Below, piece after piece: positions 47,664-56,468 of a DNA stretch of 64,000 bases. Origin of the DNA: a virus; the IMG/VR virus record IMGVR_UViG_3300032046_000013, positions 22,228 to 86,227 of that record; one strand, given 5' to 3'. Under the pieces are notes generated by a model. That model worked only from the letters and a program-made list of their open reading frames with translations. It did no database searches and was not told the origin of the DNA. Position 1 is the first letter of the stretch; every line of letters begins with the position of its first letter. Made by a program: the position numbers and the translations under genes.

Positions 47664-48773
47664 TCATTTTCCAGTCAGAATTGCCCAAGCCACGGCCACG
47701 CACAGAGGAACTTGGCCGTTGCCCAAACTTTTGAGCCTAGCTACCCGATCAGTTTTATCTTCGGTAACTCTCGGGATCAGCCCATCATCAGCGGGGTCTT
47801 GCTCCCACCATGAGCCGTCAAAGGTTCTGGTCAACCAATCCTCGAAATCTTGGGCGGACAAAGGTTCCAACGATTCCCAATTTATGGGCCAATTCATCAG
47901 CCACGCAACCCAACAAGGATTGAGTTGGGCGTTGTCCCGTCCGATCTGCGCCGAAATTTTGTCCTCCAACTTCCGAATCCCCCCGCCCCTGGTTTTGCGT
48001 TCTACCTGTCCCCCTCCACTCGGAACTTTTGGGGTCGGGTAAGTCTGCGGGGTCCTGAGACCACCAACCGCCGTAGTCAATGTCGGTGCTTTGGTCTTGC
48101 GAATTCGCTTGATCTGCCCAGTGCGATATTTTTCCAAACTGGCTTCCGATGGTATGGCTTCCGGGTCGTTCTCCCGCTCGGATGCTGTCGGTGTCGGCCA
48201 CTTCTTCACTTCCTCTGCCAATATCTTCCCGCCTTTCTGATTTGGGCGACTTCCCGGATTGCTTTGCCTTGGAGTCGGCCAGAACTGGCGGTTGATCTCC
48301 TGAACATGATCCCGGAGTTTGTATCTGCCCGCCATCCCATCCCGCATCTCCATGATCCCGCCCTCGCCGTCCGAACTTCCGGGCGACCGCCACAATCCAG
48401 AGCCGATCTCTCCGCTGCGGCGCTCCCAGTTCTCCCGCTGATATAACTTTCCATCGAGCATCATACCCGCTCTCGGCCAAGTCCCGGAGAATGGTTCCGA
48501 AGTAAGGGTGAGCAAGGAGACCTGGGACGTTTTCCAGCAGGCAGAACTTGGGCCGGACGATTCCAATGACGCGAATGGTGTCAGGCCAGAGGTTTCTCTC
48601 ATCCATATCTCCCTGACGCTTTCCGGCGACGGAGAAGGGCTGACAGGGGAAGCCTGCCGCAATGATGTCCGTAACTCCTCTATAAAGGTCTGCGGCTCCC
48701 GAATCAATGAATGTTCGGATAGGGCCATAGATAGGGGCGTTTGGCAAGTATCCATCTCTGATCCTTTGCGCAA
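47664..48773 (-). CDS. C5-cytosine methyltransferase, overlapping-frame subunit (WPTP repeats, motifs IX-X)
   Basis: WPTP/YPTP repeats, QLNPCWVAWLMNWP and RLKSLGNGQVP. Confidence 0.7.
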   Translation of the reverse strand: MRKGSEMDTCQTPLSMALSEHSLIREPQTFIEELRTSLRQASPVSPSPSPESVREIWMRETSGLTPFASLESSGPSSACWKTSQVSLLTLTSEPFSGTWPRAGMMLDGKLYQRENWERRSGEIGSGLWRSPGSSDGEGGIMEMRDGMAGRYKLRDHVQEINRQFWPTPRQSNPGSRPNQKGGKILAEEVKKWPTPTASERENDPEAIPSEASLEKYRTGQIKRIRKTKAPTLTTAVGGLRTPQTYPTPKVPSGGGQVERKTRGGGIRKLEDKISAQIGRDNAQLNPCWVAWLMNWPINWESLEPLSAQDFEDWLTRTFDGSWWEQDPADDGLIPRVTEDKTDRVARLKSLGNGQVPLCVAVAWAILTGK

Positions 48774-48885
48774 TTACTTTCTGGCAGTAATCATCCAATT
48801 CTACATAACCCACGGGTCGCCAACCCAAAAGATGTGTTCCGAGCAATCCACCACCAGCGCCGGAGAACAGGGACAACTCATTCAC
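47818..48885 (-). CDS. C5-cytosine DNA methyltransferase, catalytic subunit (motifs I-VIII)
   Basis: LFSGAGG, GFPCQPFS, LENVPGL and APQRRDRLWIVA. Confidence 0.88.
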   Translation of the reverse strand: MNELSLFSGAGGGLLGTHLLGWRPVGYVELDDYCQKVIAQRIRDGYLPNAPIYGPIRTFIDSGAADLYRGVTDIIAAGFPCQPFSVAGKRQGDMDERNLWPDTIRVIGIVRPKFCLLENVPGLLAHPYFGTILRDLAESGYDARWKVISAGELGAPQRRDRLWIVAVARKFGRRGRDHGDAGWDGGQIQTPGSCSGDQPPVLADSKAKQSGKSPKSERREDIGRGSEEVADTDSIRAGERPGSHTIGSQFGKISHWADQANSQDQSTDIDYGGWWSQDPADLPDPKSSEWRGTGRTQNQGRGDSEVGGQNFGADRTGQRPTQSLLGCVADELAHKLGIVGTFVRPRFRGLVDQNL

Positions 48886-48905
48886 TCTTCACGTCCTTTT
48901 TCCAA

Positions 48906-49910
48906 TTATACATTTTTCAGCAGACTCATCTGCCCCGCCTGCCATTGCTCAGTTGGGAAGCAATGCGGGCTGATCCATAACTGTTCGCGGTGGCGGTTCT
49001 CCATGCCCGGGCCCTTGCCTTGATTCCCGTATCCGCCCTGGGCCTTCCACTTGTGGACTCTCCATCCGGGCAGGTCATGTTCGTCCTCATAACCCGCCAA
49101 CACGATCCGATAGCGCGGGTTCTCGCCCCGCTCCCGACACCATGCGCCTACGTCCTGGGCCACCGTCAAGCTCTCCTGATGGTAAATGCCGGAGTCTCTA
49201 TCCGATACCGAATAGGGCGGGTCAAAAAACATTCCGCAAATACCGGAATGATCCTGCCAGTTGCCGCCGCAGACCCGCGTCCAATCGCCGCAGACTACGC
49301 GGACGTACCGGAGCCGGGCGGAAAGTTCCCCAAACCAGCGGTAGATATTCTCATTGCGAGCCGCGTGAACGCCCGTCCCCGTGTTGCCCAGGTTCGGTCT
49401 CTGGCCGATGGCGTGAACCCCCTCCCCCGCGTCGCTCAGGTGCGGTCTCTTGCCGATGGCATGAACGCCCTTCCCCGTGTCGCCCAGGTGCGGTCTCGCA
49501 TTAGGACGAGTCAAGCCTGATCCGATCCAACATGAGGCCGCCCAAATCCAATAACCGGCCATGACCGGATCGTGCCAGCGATCATCGGCAATCAGGTTTT
49601 CAAGTAGCCGTCCCTCGTTTTTAATCAAGGCCGCTCTCCGGACGCAAAGGTCGGCATGGTTCACGGGCCAGTCTGACCACTTGGCCGTTTCCTCCGGGCT
49701 GAACTGAATCGCCCGCCAAACGTTCGCTACGAACCCGTCCTTGTCGCAAACACTTTCTGTATGCCGGGTTGGATCATAACCGGGCCGATTGAGCAACACC
49801 GCCCCGGAGCCGAAAAACGGCTCAATGTAATGGGCCACATCGCCGAGGGCGGCCCAGACTACGGACGCGATCATGGACTTACCGCCGAAGTAAGGGAATG
49901 GAGCTTTCAT
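48906..49910 (-). CDS. DNA adenine methyltransferase (Dam/D12 class)
   Basis: PFPYFGGKS, YIEPFFGSGAV and FFDPPY, with an internal 3 x 16-aa repeat. Confidence 0.85.
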   Translation of the reverse strand: MKAPFPYFGGKSMIASVVWAALGDVAHYIEPFFGSGAVLLNRPGYDPTRHTESVCDKDGFVANVWRAIQFSPEETAKWSDWPVNHADLCVRRAALIKNEGRLLENLIADDRWHDPVMAGYWIWAASCWIGSGLTRPNARPHLGDTGKGVHAIGKRPHLSDAGEGVHAIGQRPNLGNTGTGVHAARNENIYRWFGELSARLRYVRVVCGDWTRVCGGNWQDHSGICGMFFDPPYSVSDRDSGIYHQESLTVAQDVGAWCRERGENPRYRIVLAGYEDEHDLPGWRVHKWKAQGGYGNQGKGPGMENRHREQLWISPHCFPTEQWQAGQMSLLKNV

Positions 49911-50211
49911 TTAATCAATCGGTTAAAGCCGCCAGTCCACCATCACTTATCCGAACCATCGGTCAGCAAGTGCATAGCCCTGGTCATTGTCAACTTACCG
50001 CGCTCTCCAACCGAGACAAGCGCCGTTTAACGCCTCATACACTTCGGAAAGGGCCTTGATTTCACAATTTCTTTGCACGACCATCGTTTTTTTCTTGCTC
50101 ATTTTTCTCCTCCTTTCATCGCGGTGCGCAATCTTTGCAAGGAAATACCAACTTCTATTTCATGTAATTCTTTCCAGGCGGCGTTCACTTCCTTTTTGAG
50201 TTGCCCGTAAG

Positions 50212-50694
50212 TCATTCCTTTTCCTCCTCCATCACGACTCGGTCATAATTGAACTCCTCGCGTTTTACATTTTCCTTGAATCGCCGCAACCGCTTAAACT
50301 CCTGCTCCAATTCCTTGATCCGGTCGAGCAGGGCTTGGCCGGGATGGGGCTGTTTTAATCTGTCAAAGTCTTCCCCGGTTATAACAAGATCAAGTTTAAC
50401 CCTTCCAGTTTTTTCTCTTTGGGTTGAATCCCAACAACGGAAAACCTGTCCCGATCCAAACAGAACTTCGGTCATCGCCGCATTATCCGCCAAGGCCAGG
50501 TCACGCTCGGACTGGACTTGGGCAAGAGCAGCCTTTGCCTCCTCCGCCTGCTCCCGTTGCGCCGCTGTTTCAGATTGGACAAAAACATTCACCTTCAACA
50601 TAATAAATCTTTCAGTCAAACTCCAATCATTGTTGCCTTCCCGGAACTGATGCAATAGATGAGCAATTTCCACAGCCAATTCTTTTTTGTTCAT
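50212..50694 (-). CDS. hypothetical coiled-coil protein
   Basis: GGAGAAGG RBS before MNKKEL. The frame is open to 50739. Confidence 0.5.
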   Translation of the reverse strand: MNKKELAVEIAHLLHQFREGNNDWSLTERFIMLKVNVFVQSETAAQREQAEEAKAALAQVQSERDLALADNAAMTEVLFGSGQVFRCWDSTQREKTGRVKLDLVITGEDFDRLKQPHPGQALLDRIKELEQEFKRLRRFKENVKREEFNYDRVVMEEEKE

Positions 50695-50965
50695 TTTCCT
50701 TCTCCATCCTCCATCATGGTTAGGTTTTAGTATTTTCATTATTGCCCCTCGATCAAAAGATATTTACCGATTCGATAAACTTCAACTTTCTCTACCCCCG
50801 TCGAATCCAGACAGAAACGATTAACAATCCGACCCCGCCTTCTCCGCCCGCTCCCGTTCCGCCGCTGTTTCGGATTGGACAAAAGCCTCAAGGCGATTCT
50901 GCGTTTCAATAAACGAGGATTTCCCCTCGACAAACTGGCCGAGAATATCTCTAATTTCGTCCATG

Positions 50966-51952
50966 TTATTCCTCCTCCGTGTCAAGTGTTTGAATCATTT
51001 CCATCGCGATCTCTCTTCGACACACGACAAGGGGGGTTCGGAAAGTCCCATCCCCTCTCCTGGATTCCGCCCGTTGATCGATCTCTATCCGTCGCTCTGC
51101 TGATTGGCTTGCATACCATTCATCAACTTGTTTTTCCAACAATCGAATCTGTTTGGTTTCATTCTCGATTTTTCTCGACGCTTCTTCTCGTTTTTTGTTC
51201 TGTTGTTCCTGGTTCCTCGCCAATTCTTTGGGTGTCGGTTCGACCATCGGCTGATCCAGGATGGTGAGCATCAGACCCACCGGATTTTTGGTGGAGTGGG
51301 TCTGGCAATAATGGATCAATCGTCGGATGTCCTGCGCGAGGTTCGCCAGATTGAGCAATTGTCGATGGCCTATTACTTGGTTCACAAGGTCGGGAGCCAA
51401 TCCCATGCTTTGGAGTTCGGTCTTTAATTTTGAAAATTCATCATCATCAGTTGATATACCAATCACCGAATCTGATGATGATGGTATAGGTATAGGTATA
51501 GGATTAGGAATAGGAGAATCCATACCCCCATCATACCTATTGAATAGGGTATCGCGTGGAAGGTCGAATTGATAGTAGTCACAGAACCGTTTGATGATCA
51601 AACTCTTGGGCAGTCCACTAAGGATTTTCTCAACGGCTCTGCGGAGTTTCGGGTTATCCGGTTTCCACGATGGATCGAATTTTAACCCGTTTTTTATCCA
51701 GACTACCACTCCATCATACGCAATCCATTCATGCGGGGCTTGGAGTTCGGTGAGGGTATGGGATAGGGTATCAATGGGGTATCCAGTATTTTCAGTCAAG
51801 AGGTTTATTCTCAGCCGGTAAATACATGCGATGTTCGACTGGGACCCCATGCGGAGAACCAGCAACGTGTGCCGGGCCTCGGGACTCAACCGCTCGTAAT
51901 CCAGGTCATCAAACAGCGCGGTATGGAGTGATCGGTAGGTGCCGCGTTTCAT
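50966..51952 (-). CDS. phage replication initiator-like protein
   Basis: N-terminal wHTH-like region (LFDDLDYERLSPEARHTLLVL...IYRL), PIPNPIPIPIP linker and C-terminal KNPVGLML. Confidence 0.6.
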   Translation of the reverse strand: MKRGTYRSLHTALFDDLDYERLSPEARHTLLVLRMGSQSNIACIYRLRINLLTENTGYPIDTLSHTLTELQAPHEWIAYDGVVVWIKNGLKFDPSWKPDNPKLRRAVEKILSGLPKSLIIKRFCDYYQFDLPRDTLFNRYDGGMDSPIPNPIPIPIPSSSDSVIGISTDDDEFSKLKTELQSMGLAPDLVNQVIGHRQLLNLANLAQDIRRLIHYCQTHSTKNPVGLMLTILDQPMVEPTPKELARNQEQQNKKREEASRKIENETKQIRLLEKQVDEWYASQSAERRIEIDQRAESRRGDGTFRTPLVVCRREIAMEMIQTLDTEEE

Positions 51953-52242
51953 ACCCACGGATTTCCATTTAACTCCGCATTTTCAGCGGTGCAAAGGGAA
52001 CACAGATGATCCGCACCAGTGGACCAGGGCTCAACGGTAATTTTATAGGGGCTAGAAAAACTTATGTCAATAACCCTCAAATAAAATGTTTTGCTACCCC
52101 CCTCGGATGTTTCCATATCGGCTTCATTTGTGATAGCAGAGAGACACTGCAATGTATTTATGAAATCACCAAGGCGCACCTTCCCTCCCTCACTAGCGAG
52201 ACCCTGGAATGTTAGTGTCAATCTGTGGTTACTCATTTTCAA
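51949..52242 (-). CDS. low-GC hypothetical protein, possibly truncated
   Basis: AAGGGG RBS. The N-terminus is low GC and the C-terminus switches composition. Confidence 0.4.
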   Translation of the reverse strand: MKMSNHRLTLTFQGLASEGGKVRLGDFINTLQCLSAITNEADMETSEGGSKTFYLRVIDISFSSPYKITVEPWSTGADHLCSLCTAENAELNGNPWV

Positions 52243-52369
52243 CCCCTTATGGCTATTCTGTTTTGTCCGACAAAGTTTGATGAATCCTTATACAAAAGGC
52301 GCTTTCCGGCAAAATCCTTACCTTGACCCCAATTTTTCCCCAATCTTTTGGATTTGGATTTATTGTGAT

Positions 52370-53806
52370 TCATGTTTTGCCCAATACTACCCTCTTAGAA
52401 AGCAAATCTTCAACTGTAACTAGTTCAATATCCACCTCCCCTGTATTCTTCAGGCGAGCCGTTTCTTCTTTAATCCCTTTCCCAAAACTAAACGCGACAA
52501 TGTAACCCTTTTTAAATTTCGCACGATCTAGCGCGGACTTGAAATTATCTACCACGTTCCGGCCAATTCCCTCTGATTGCTTGACTTGGATTCCGGCTTT
52601 TTCCCTGTATAAATTGGGTTCAACATAGCCATCTATCCCCATATCTCCAACTTTCTTGCGGCTATGTTTGGCTTGCATTTCATTGATAACCCAGTTTTGA
52701 AATTCAAAGGGTTTTAGGTCCTTCAATTGTGTAATCGTAGTGGGAGCACCGATTAGAATATAATCCTTATCTTTTAAAGCACCAATTTTCTTCAATTGAT
52801 TTTCTATAACCTTTATAGCAGTTGGCGATATATCTATGCCGATCCACTTCCTTCCCAATTTGTGAGCTTCAATACAAGCGGTTCCACAACCACAGAAGGC
52901 ATCTAATACCATGTCTCCTTCATTGCTACTGGCTTTAATGATGCGTTCCAATAGCCGTGGTGGTTTCTGGGTTGGATAACCCAGATGTTCGGCGGATTTT
53001 GCAGAAATGGGGGAAATATCAGTCCACAAGTCTAATAAAGCAGGACCTTCCAGTTCATCAACATACCATTTTAACCGAGGGGTTCCGCCCCGTTTGCTAG
53101 GCCAATAAATCCTTCCTGCTTTATCTAGGGAATCTAATTTCTCTTGAACTGTAGAACCACCGAGTTTTAATCTTGCTATTACTTTTCCTGGAATTGCCCA
53201 ATGCCGGCTTACCTTTGTCGGATCAATGCCTTTCCAGGGTTGACCGCTATCCCCATGTCTTATTCCCGCCCCTGTTAGTGAAATTGCCTGGAAACGGCGA
53301 TTATCCGAATCTATTAAGTTAAAATGATTGGCAATGTATTCTGGATCATGCTCACCTTTGGAATCAGTCCAGATATAATCTTTGCTTTTGGAATAGAATA
53401 GAATCGTATCATGCACTGGCCCAAACTTATTAGAAGAACCATGAGCATGAGTGCGTTTCCAGATTATCTCATTTCTGAAATTCTGATCCCCAAAAATCTT
53501 ATCCAACATGATTCTTATATGTGCGTTCGCGTGCCAGTCACAATGTATATAAAAAGAGCCTGTGGCTTTTAATACTTTCCATAATAATTGCGCTCTTGGC
53601 TCCAGCCAGCTAATAAAATGCTCAATTCCTCCCTCCCATCTATCCTCAAAACTCCGAACCTCTGCCTCATCTCCCCATACAACTTCATAAGGTTTTTGGG
53701 TAAAAAACGGCGGGTCAATATAAATCAGGTCAACACTTTCCTTCGGGAGCTTGACTAACTCCTCCAGATTGTCTCCGCAAATCAGCTTATTGACAATCTC
53801 ACTCAT
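52370..53806 (-). CDS. N4/N6 DNA methyltransferase fused to an Mrr-like restriction endonuclease domain
   Basis: IYIDPPF, YPTQKP and DAFCGCGT, then C-terminal FEFQNWV...DMGIDG...IQVKQS. GC is low. Confidence 0.85.
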   Translation of the reverse strand: MSEIVNKLICGDNLEELVKLPKESVDLIYIDPPFFTQKPYEVVWGDEAEVRSFEDRWEGGIEHFISWLEPRAQLLWKVLKATGSFYIHCDWHANAHIRIMLDKIFGDQNFRNEIIWKRTHAHGSSNKFGPVHDTILFYSKSKDYIWTDSKGEHDPEYIANHFNLIDSDNRRFQAISLTGAGIRHGDSGQPWKGIDPTKVSRHWAIPGKVIARLKLGGSTVQEKLDSLDKAGRIYWPSKRGGTPRLKWYVDELEGPALLDLWTDISPISAKSAEHLGYPTQKPPRLLERIIKASSNEGDMVLDAFCGCGTACIEAHKLGRKWIGIDISPTAIKVIENQLKKIGALKDKDYILIGAPTTITQLKDLKPFEFQNWVINEMQAKHSRKKVGDMGIDGYVEPNLYREKAGIQVKQSEGIGRNVVDNFKSALDRAKFKKGYIVAFSFGKGIKEETARLKNTGEVDIELVTVEDLLSKRVVLGKT

Positions 53807-53874
53807 GCCTTGCTCCGGCCCGTCCGGGTTGACCGCCCGATCCTGGCCGCCACTCGGACGGCCCGAGGCAGGGG

Positions 53875-54264
53875 TCAAATTTTCCAACCTTGTGTTTGGG
53901 CGTAGCCGTCGGGCCATTGCGATTGACAACCAAACAAAATGTCCAACACCTGCTCGACCATGAGGTCATTGCCTTGGGCAATCCCAACAGAGGTTATCAG
54001 ATAATCCGCCTGGTCCGGGTTGTCGGTTGTCTCACCGTAGAGACATTCGGTTTCACTCTGCGCGATCAGGTGAATCTCTCCTCCATTCTCTCCCGGCTCC
54101 GATCCGCTCCAATCCTCATTGGGCTTGAAATCCGGGCGGGCCACATAGAATTGACTATCAGAATGGTTTTCCGCCGCCCACGCCGCCAGTTTCCTGAGTT
54201 TGTGCCGGATTTTTTTCAAATCCTGCTCCGCAAATCTGAGTCTAATTTCCGCCGCTGTTTCCAT
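53875..54264 (-). CDS. hypothetical protein
   Basis: Strong GGAGGAGG RBS and ATG. Confidence 0.55.
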   Translation of the reverse strand: METAAEIRLRFAEQDLKKIRHKLRKLAAWAAENHSDSQFYVARPDFKPNEDWSGSEPGENGGEIHLIAQSETECLYGETTDNPDQADYLITSVGIAQGNDLMVEQVLDILFGCQSQWPDGYAQTQGWKI

Positions 54265-54294
54265 TTTTTCCTCCTCCTCCTTCGCTGGTCTGGA

Positions 54295-54579
54295 TTAACA
54301 ACCGTAACGGTCCGCCATCGGACGGCCCGAGCTGGAATTGGGCCGGCAGCCGAAAATATCGCCTCCGCCGGCGTCCATCCCCTCCTCCCCGGCCGTGCTC
54401 GCGGTCTGGTCAGCCACTGCAACCGCATGTTTGCATTTCCGGCCATGCTCACCGGCGGGACAGGAACAGGCCCATCGCCGCAACTCGCCGTCCATTCCGA
54501 GAAACCGGACCTCATAGACGTTGCCGGAATCGCTGTGCACCGCCCAGGTTTCGTTTTCGCCGTTTTTTTCGATTTTCAT
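54295..54579 (-). CDS. SWIM zinc-finger protein
   Basis: VHSDSGNVYEV...WACSCPAGEHGRKCKH fits CxC...CxH. AGGGGG RBS before ATG 54579. Confidence 0.8.
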   Translation of the reverse strand: MKIEKNGENETWAVHSDSGNVYEVRFLGMDGELRRWACSCPAGEHGRKCKHAVAVADQTASTAGEEGMDAGGGDIFGCRPNSSSGRPMADRYGC

Positions 54580-54643
54580 TGTTTCCCCCTGCCCTTGGTC
54601 CAGTTGTAACCGCCCCATGACCTCACCGATATTCCGTTCCTTT

Positions 54644-55762
54644 TTATCGCTGGACATTCTTGACCTCCCCTTCTTCGATGATAATTCCCACAGCACCTGT
54701 TTCATCTACTCGCTCGATCCAGATTTGGTAATCCTGATCCCGAGCCATCTCCTGGATGATCCGCATATTCTCCGAGTCCAGGAGCGATCCGTCGGTGATG
54801 CGGATGACTCTCAGCGTGGGGTTCATCGCCATCGCCATCGCCAGCGAGATTTTTAACTGTTCGGAAGAACTCAGTTGGGTGAACGGGAGTCCTCGGTAAG
54901 TCACGCCCGAGTCATCGAATCCCAGACCATCGATGGGCATTTTCGCGTCCCGAACCGCTTGTTCTTTCGCTTGATCTAGGCTCTTAATCTCTGCCGTGAA
55001 TTTCTCCGATTCCAGACTTTTCTCAGCCAGATGTTCCCGAACTTTTCGATATTCATCCCGAAGTCTGATCTTTTGGTTTGCTCGATCAGCCCCATCAATC
55101 TGGCTCTCGACTTCCAACCGACTAGCTGTGAGACTCTGAAGTTCGACATCGGGAATTATTTTGATTGCTTCCATGGCGGATTCGGCTTCAGCAAGTTGGG
55201 ATTTCAGGCTAAGAATTTTGTCGCGCAAAATATCGGCGGTTTTCCTGGAAGCCAATTCAGCCTCAATGAGATTACCCAGATGCCGATATTTTTTCATCAG
55301 TTCATCGACCCGGACTGGAGATTCTGGCACATCGGCGAAATTCGCTGGCTGGAACATCTGGGCTTGACCTTCCAGATGTCGGACTTCCCGGTTCACCTCA
55401 GTTCGGTTCTCGAACAGGGCGGTTCGGTGCGCATCCGAATCCAGGACTTTCTGCGGGGACTTCAGCACCGCCGAGTCCGGGGTCTCGATCTTCAAGTAGG
55501 TCGTGAACTCCCCGTCAGCTTGGCGGATGATCGTGCGTTTCACGACGTAGGTGCCGATGTCCAGCCTGATCTCCGCTCGATCCTCGCCCTCCCTTATGGG
55601 TTTGGGCGGAAGATCGCCCGTCAATGCCATGTAGATCGCATCCAGCACACTGGTCTTGCCCGTGCCGTTCCGACCGGCGATCACCACCACATCGCCCTGG
55701 GGCGTGATCTCCACGGCCCGGAGTTTTTTCACATTCTCGGCTTGGAGGCTGATGATCTTCAT
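54644..55762 (-). CDS. AAA/SMC-like ATPase (SbcC/RecF-type)
   Basis: Walker A GRNGTGKTS, coiled coil, signature LSSSEQ and degenerate Walker B ITDGSLLD. Confidence 0.75.
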   Translation of the reverse strand: MKIISLQAENVKKLRAVEITPQGDVVVIAGRNGTGKTSVLDAIYMALTGDLPPKPIREGEDRAEIRLDIGTYVVKRTIIRQADGEFTTYLKIETPDSAVLKSPQKVLDSDAHRTALFENRTEVNREVRHLEGQAQMFQPANFADVPESPVRVDELMKKYRHLGNLIEAELASRKTADILRDKILSLKSQLAEAESAMEAIKIIPDVELQSLTASRLEVESQIDGADRANQKIRLRDEYRKVREHLAEKSLESEKFTAEIKSLDQAKEQAVRDAKMPIDGLGFDDSGVTYRGLPFTQLSSSEQLKISLAMAMAMNPTLRVIRITDGSLLDSENMRIIQEMARDQDYQIWIERVDETGAVGIIIEEGEVKNVQR

Positions 55763-55872
55763 TTCTGCTTACCCTTTCCTTTCCGAAAAGACTTGACAAA
55801 AAGAACTTCCAATGTTACACTACGTTCAAATCCTGACCAACCGTTGTTGTCAGCGTCAGGTGTAATCTCCAT
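55759..55872 (-). CDS. 37-aa leader ORF coupled to the ATPase gene
   Basis: GAGGAGGAG RBS before MEITPDADNNGWSGFERSVTLEVLFVKSFRKGKGKQK*. Its stop overlaps the ATPase ATG (ATGA). Confidence 0.45.
   Translation of the reverse strand: MEITPDADNNGWSGFERSVTLEVLFVKSFRKGKGKQK
55793..55821 (+). promoter_or_regulatory. sigma70-type promoter, antisense orientation
   Basis: TTGACA-17 bp-TACACT with an extended TG motif. Confidence 0.6.
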
Positions 55873-56251
55873 CTCTCCTCCTCATCGCCACTTCCTTTTT
55901 CAACTTGAAAAACATTTCCAACTGAGCACGAATCAGGGGCTGGAGGTTGCCTCCGCAGTGGCATCGATGGTCGGCCAACCGAGAGCCGCGTCGAGAACTC
56001 ACACAAGTTTTGGAGCCGCAAGTTTGACAGATGCCGATCATGGTTGCTCCTTGTTGCTCCTTGAAAAGTTGACCCAATTCCAGGCCAAGCACTTGATGAA
56101 GTTTTGCTTCGTTTTCGGGTTTCGGATGGCTGGCTCCACGTCGCCACTCGCAGAGACTCTGATAACCGATACCGATTCTTCGGGCAACTTCGTGATTCGA
56201 TAGCCCGAGGGCACGATGGGTTGTTTGATAAAGCGTTTGATTGAAGGCCAT
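55856..56251 (-). CDS. XRE-family HTH regulator with C-terminal Zn ribbon
   Basis: GLSNHEVARRIGIGYQSLCEWRRG..HP and CQTCG...CHCGG. Confidence 0.7.
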   Translation of the reverse strand: MAFNQTLYQTTHRALGLSNHEVARRIGIGYQSLCEWRRGASHPKPENEAKLHQVLGLELGQLFKEQQGATMIGICQTCGSKTCVSSRRGSRLADHRCHCGGNLQPLIRAQLEMFFKLKKEVAMRRRDGDYT

Positions 56252-56468
56252 CCTGAATCTCCTTTGCGATTCGACTTATTAGTATGCCAATAGTATGCCA
56301 AAGCATCTAGGCGTGGAATATCAAACACTTACAAACGATGGCCAGAACCGATCTTGCAAGTTTTTGCATTTTTAAACCCTTTTATGGACTTTTTTGCATC
56401 CCAGGTAGCCCTGAAACTGGCTCTCAGCGGTTCCACAGTGGCCCTGAACTGGCCCAACCAGCTACTCA

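Noticed and set aside
50551-50884. About 35-bp direct repeat 300 bp apart
   Set aside because: It encodes FVQSETAA.RE in a gene and in a short upstream paralogous remnant, so it is a local duplication rather than a regulatory or att site.
29533-54578. 272-bp pair as a diversity-generating retroelement TR/VR
   Set aside because: There are only 3 mismatches, not all at adenines, and no reverse transcriptase is in the window. A simple recent duplication fits better.
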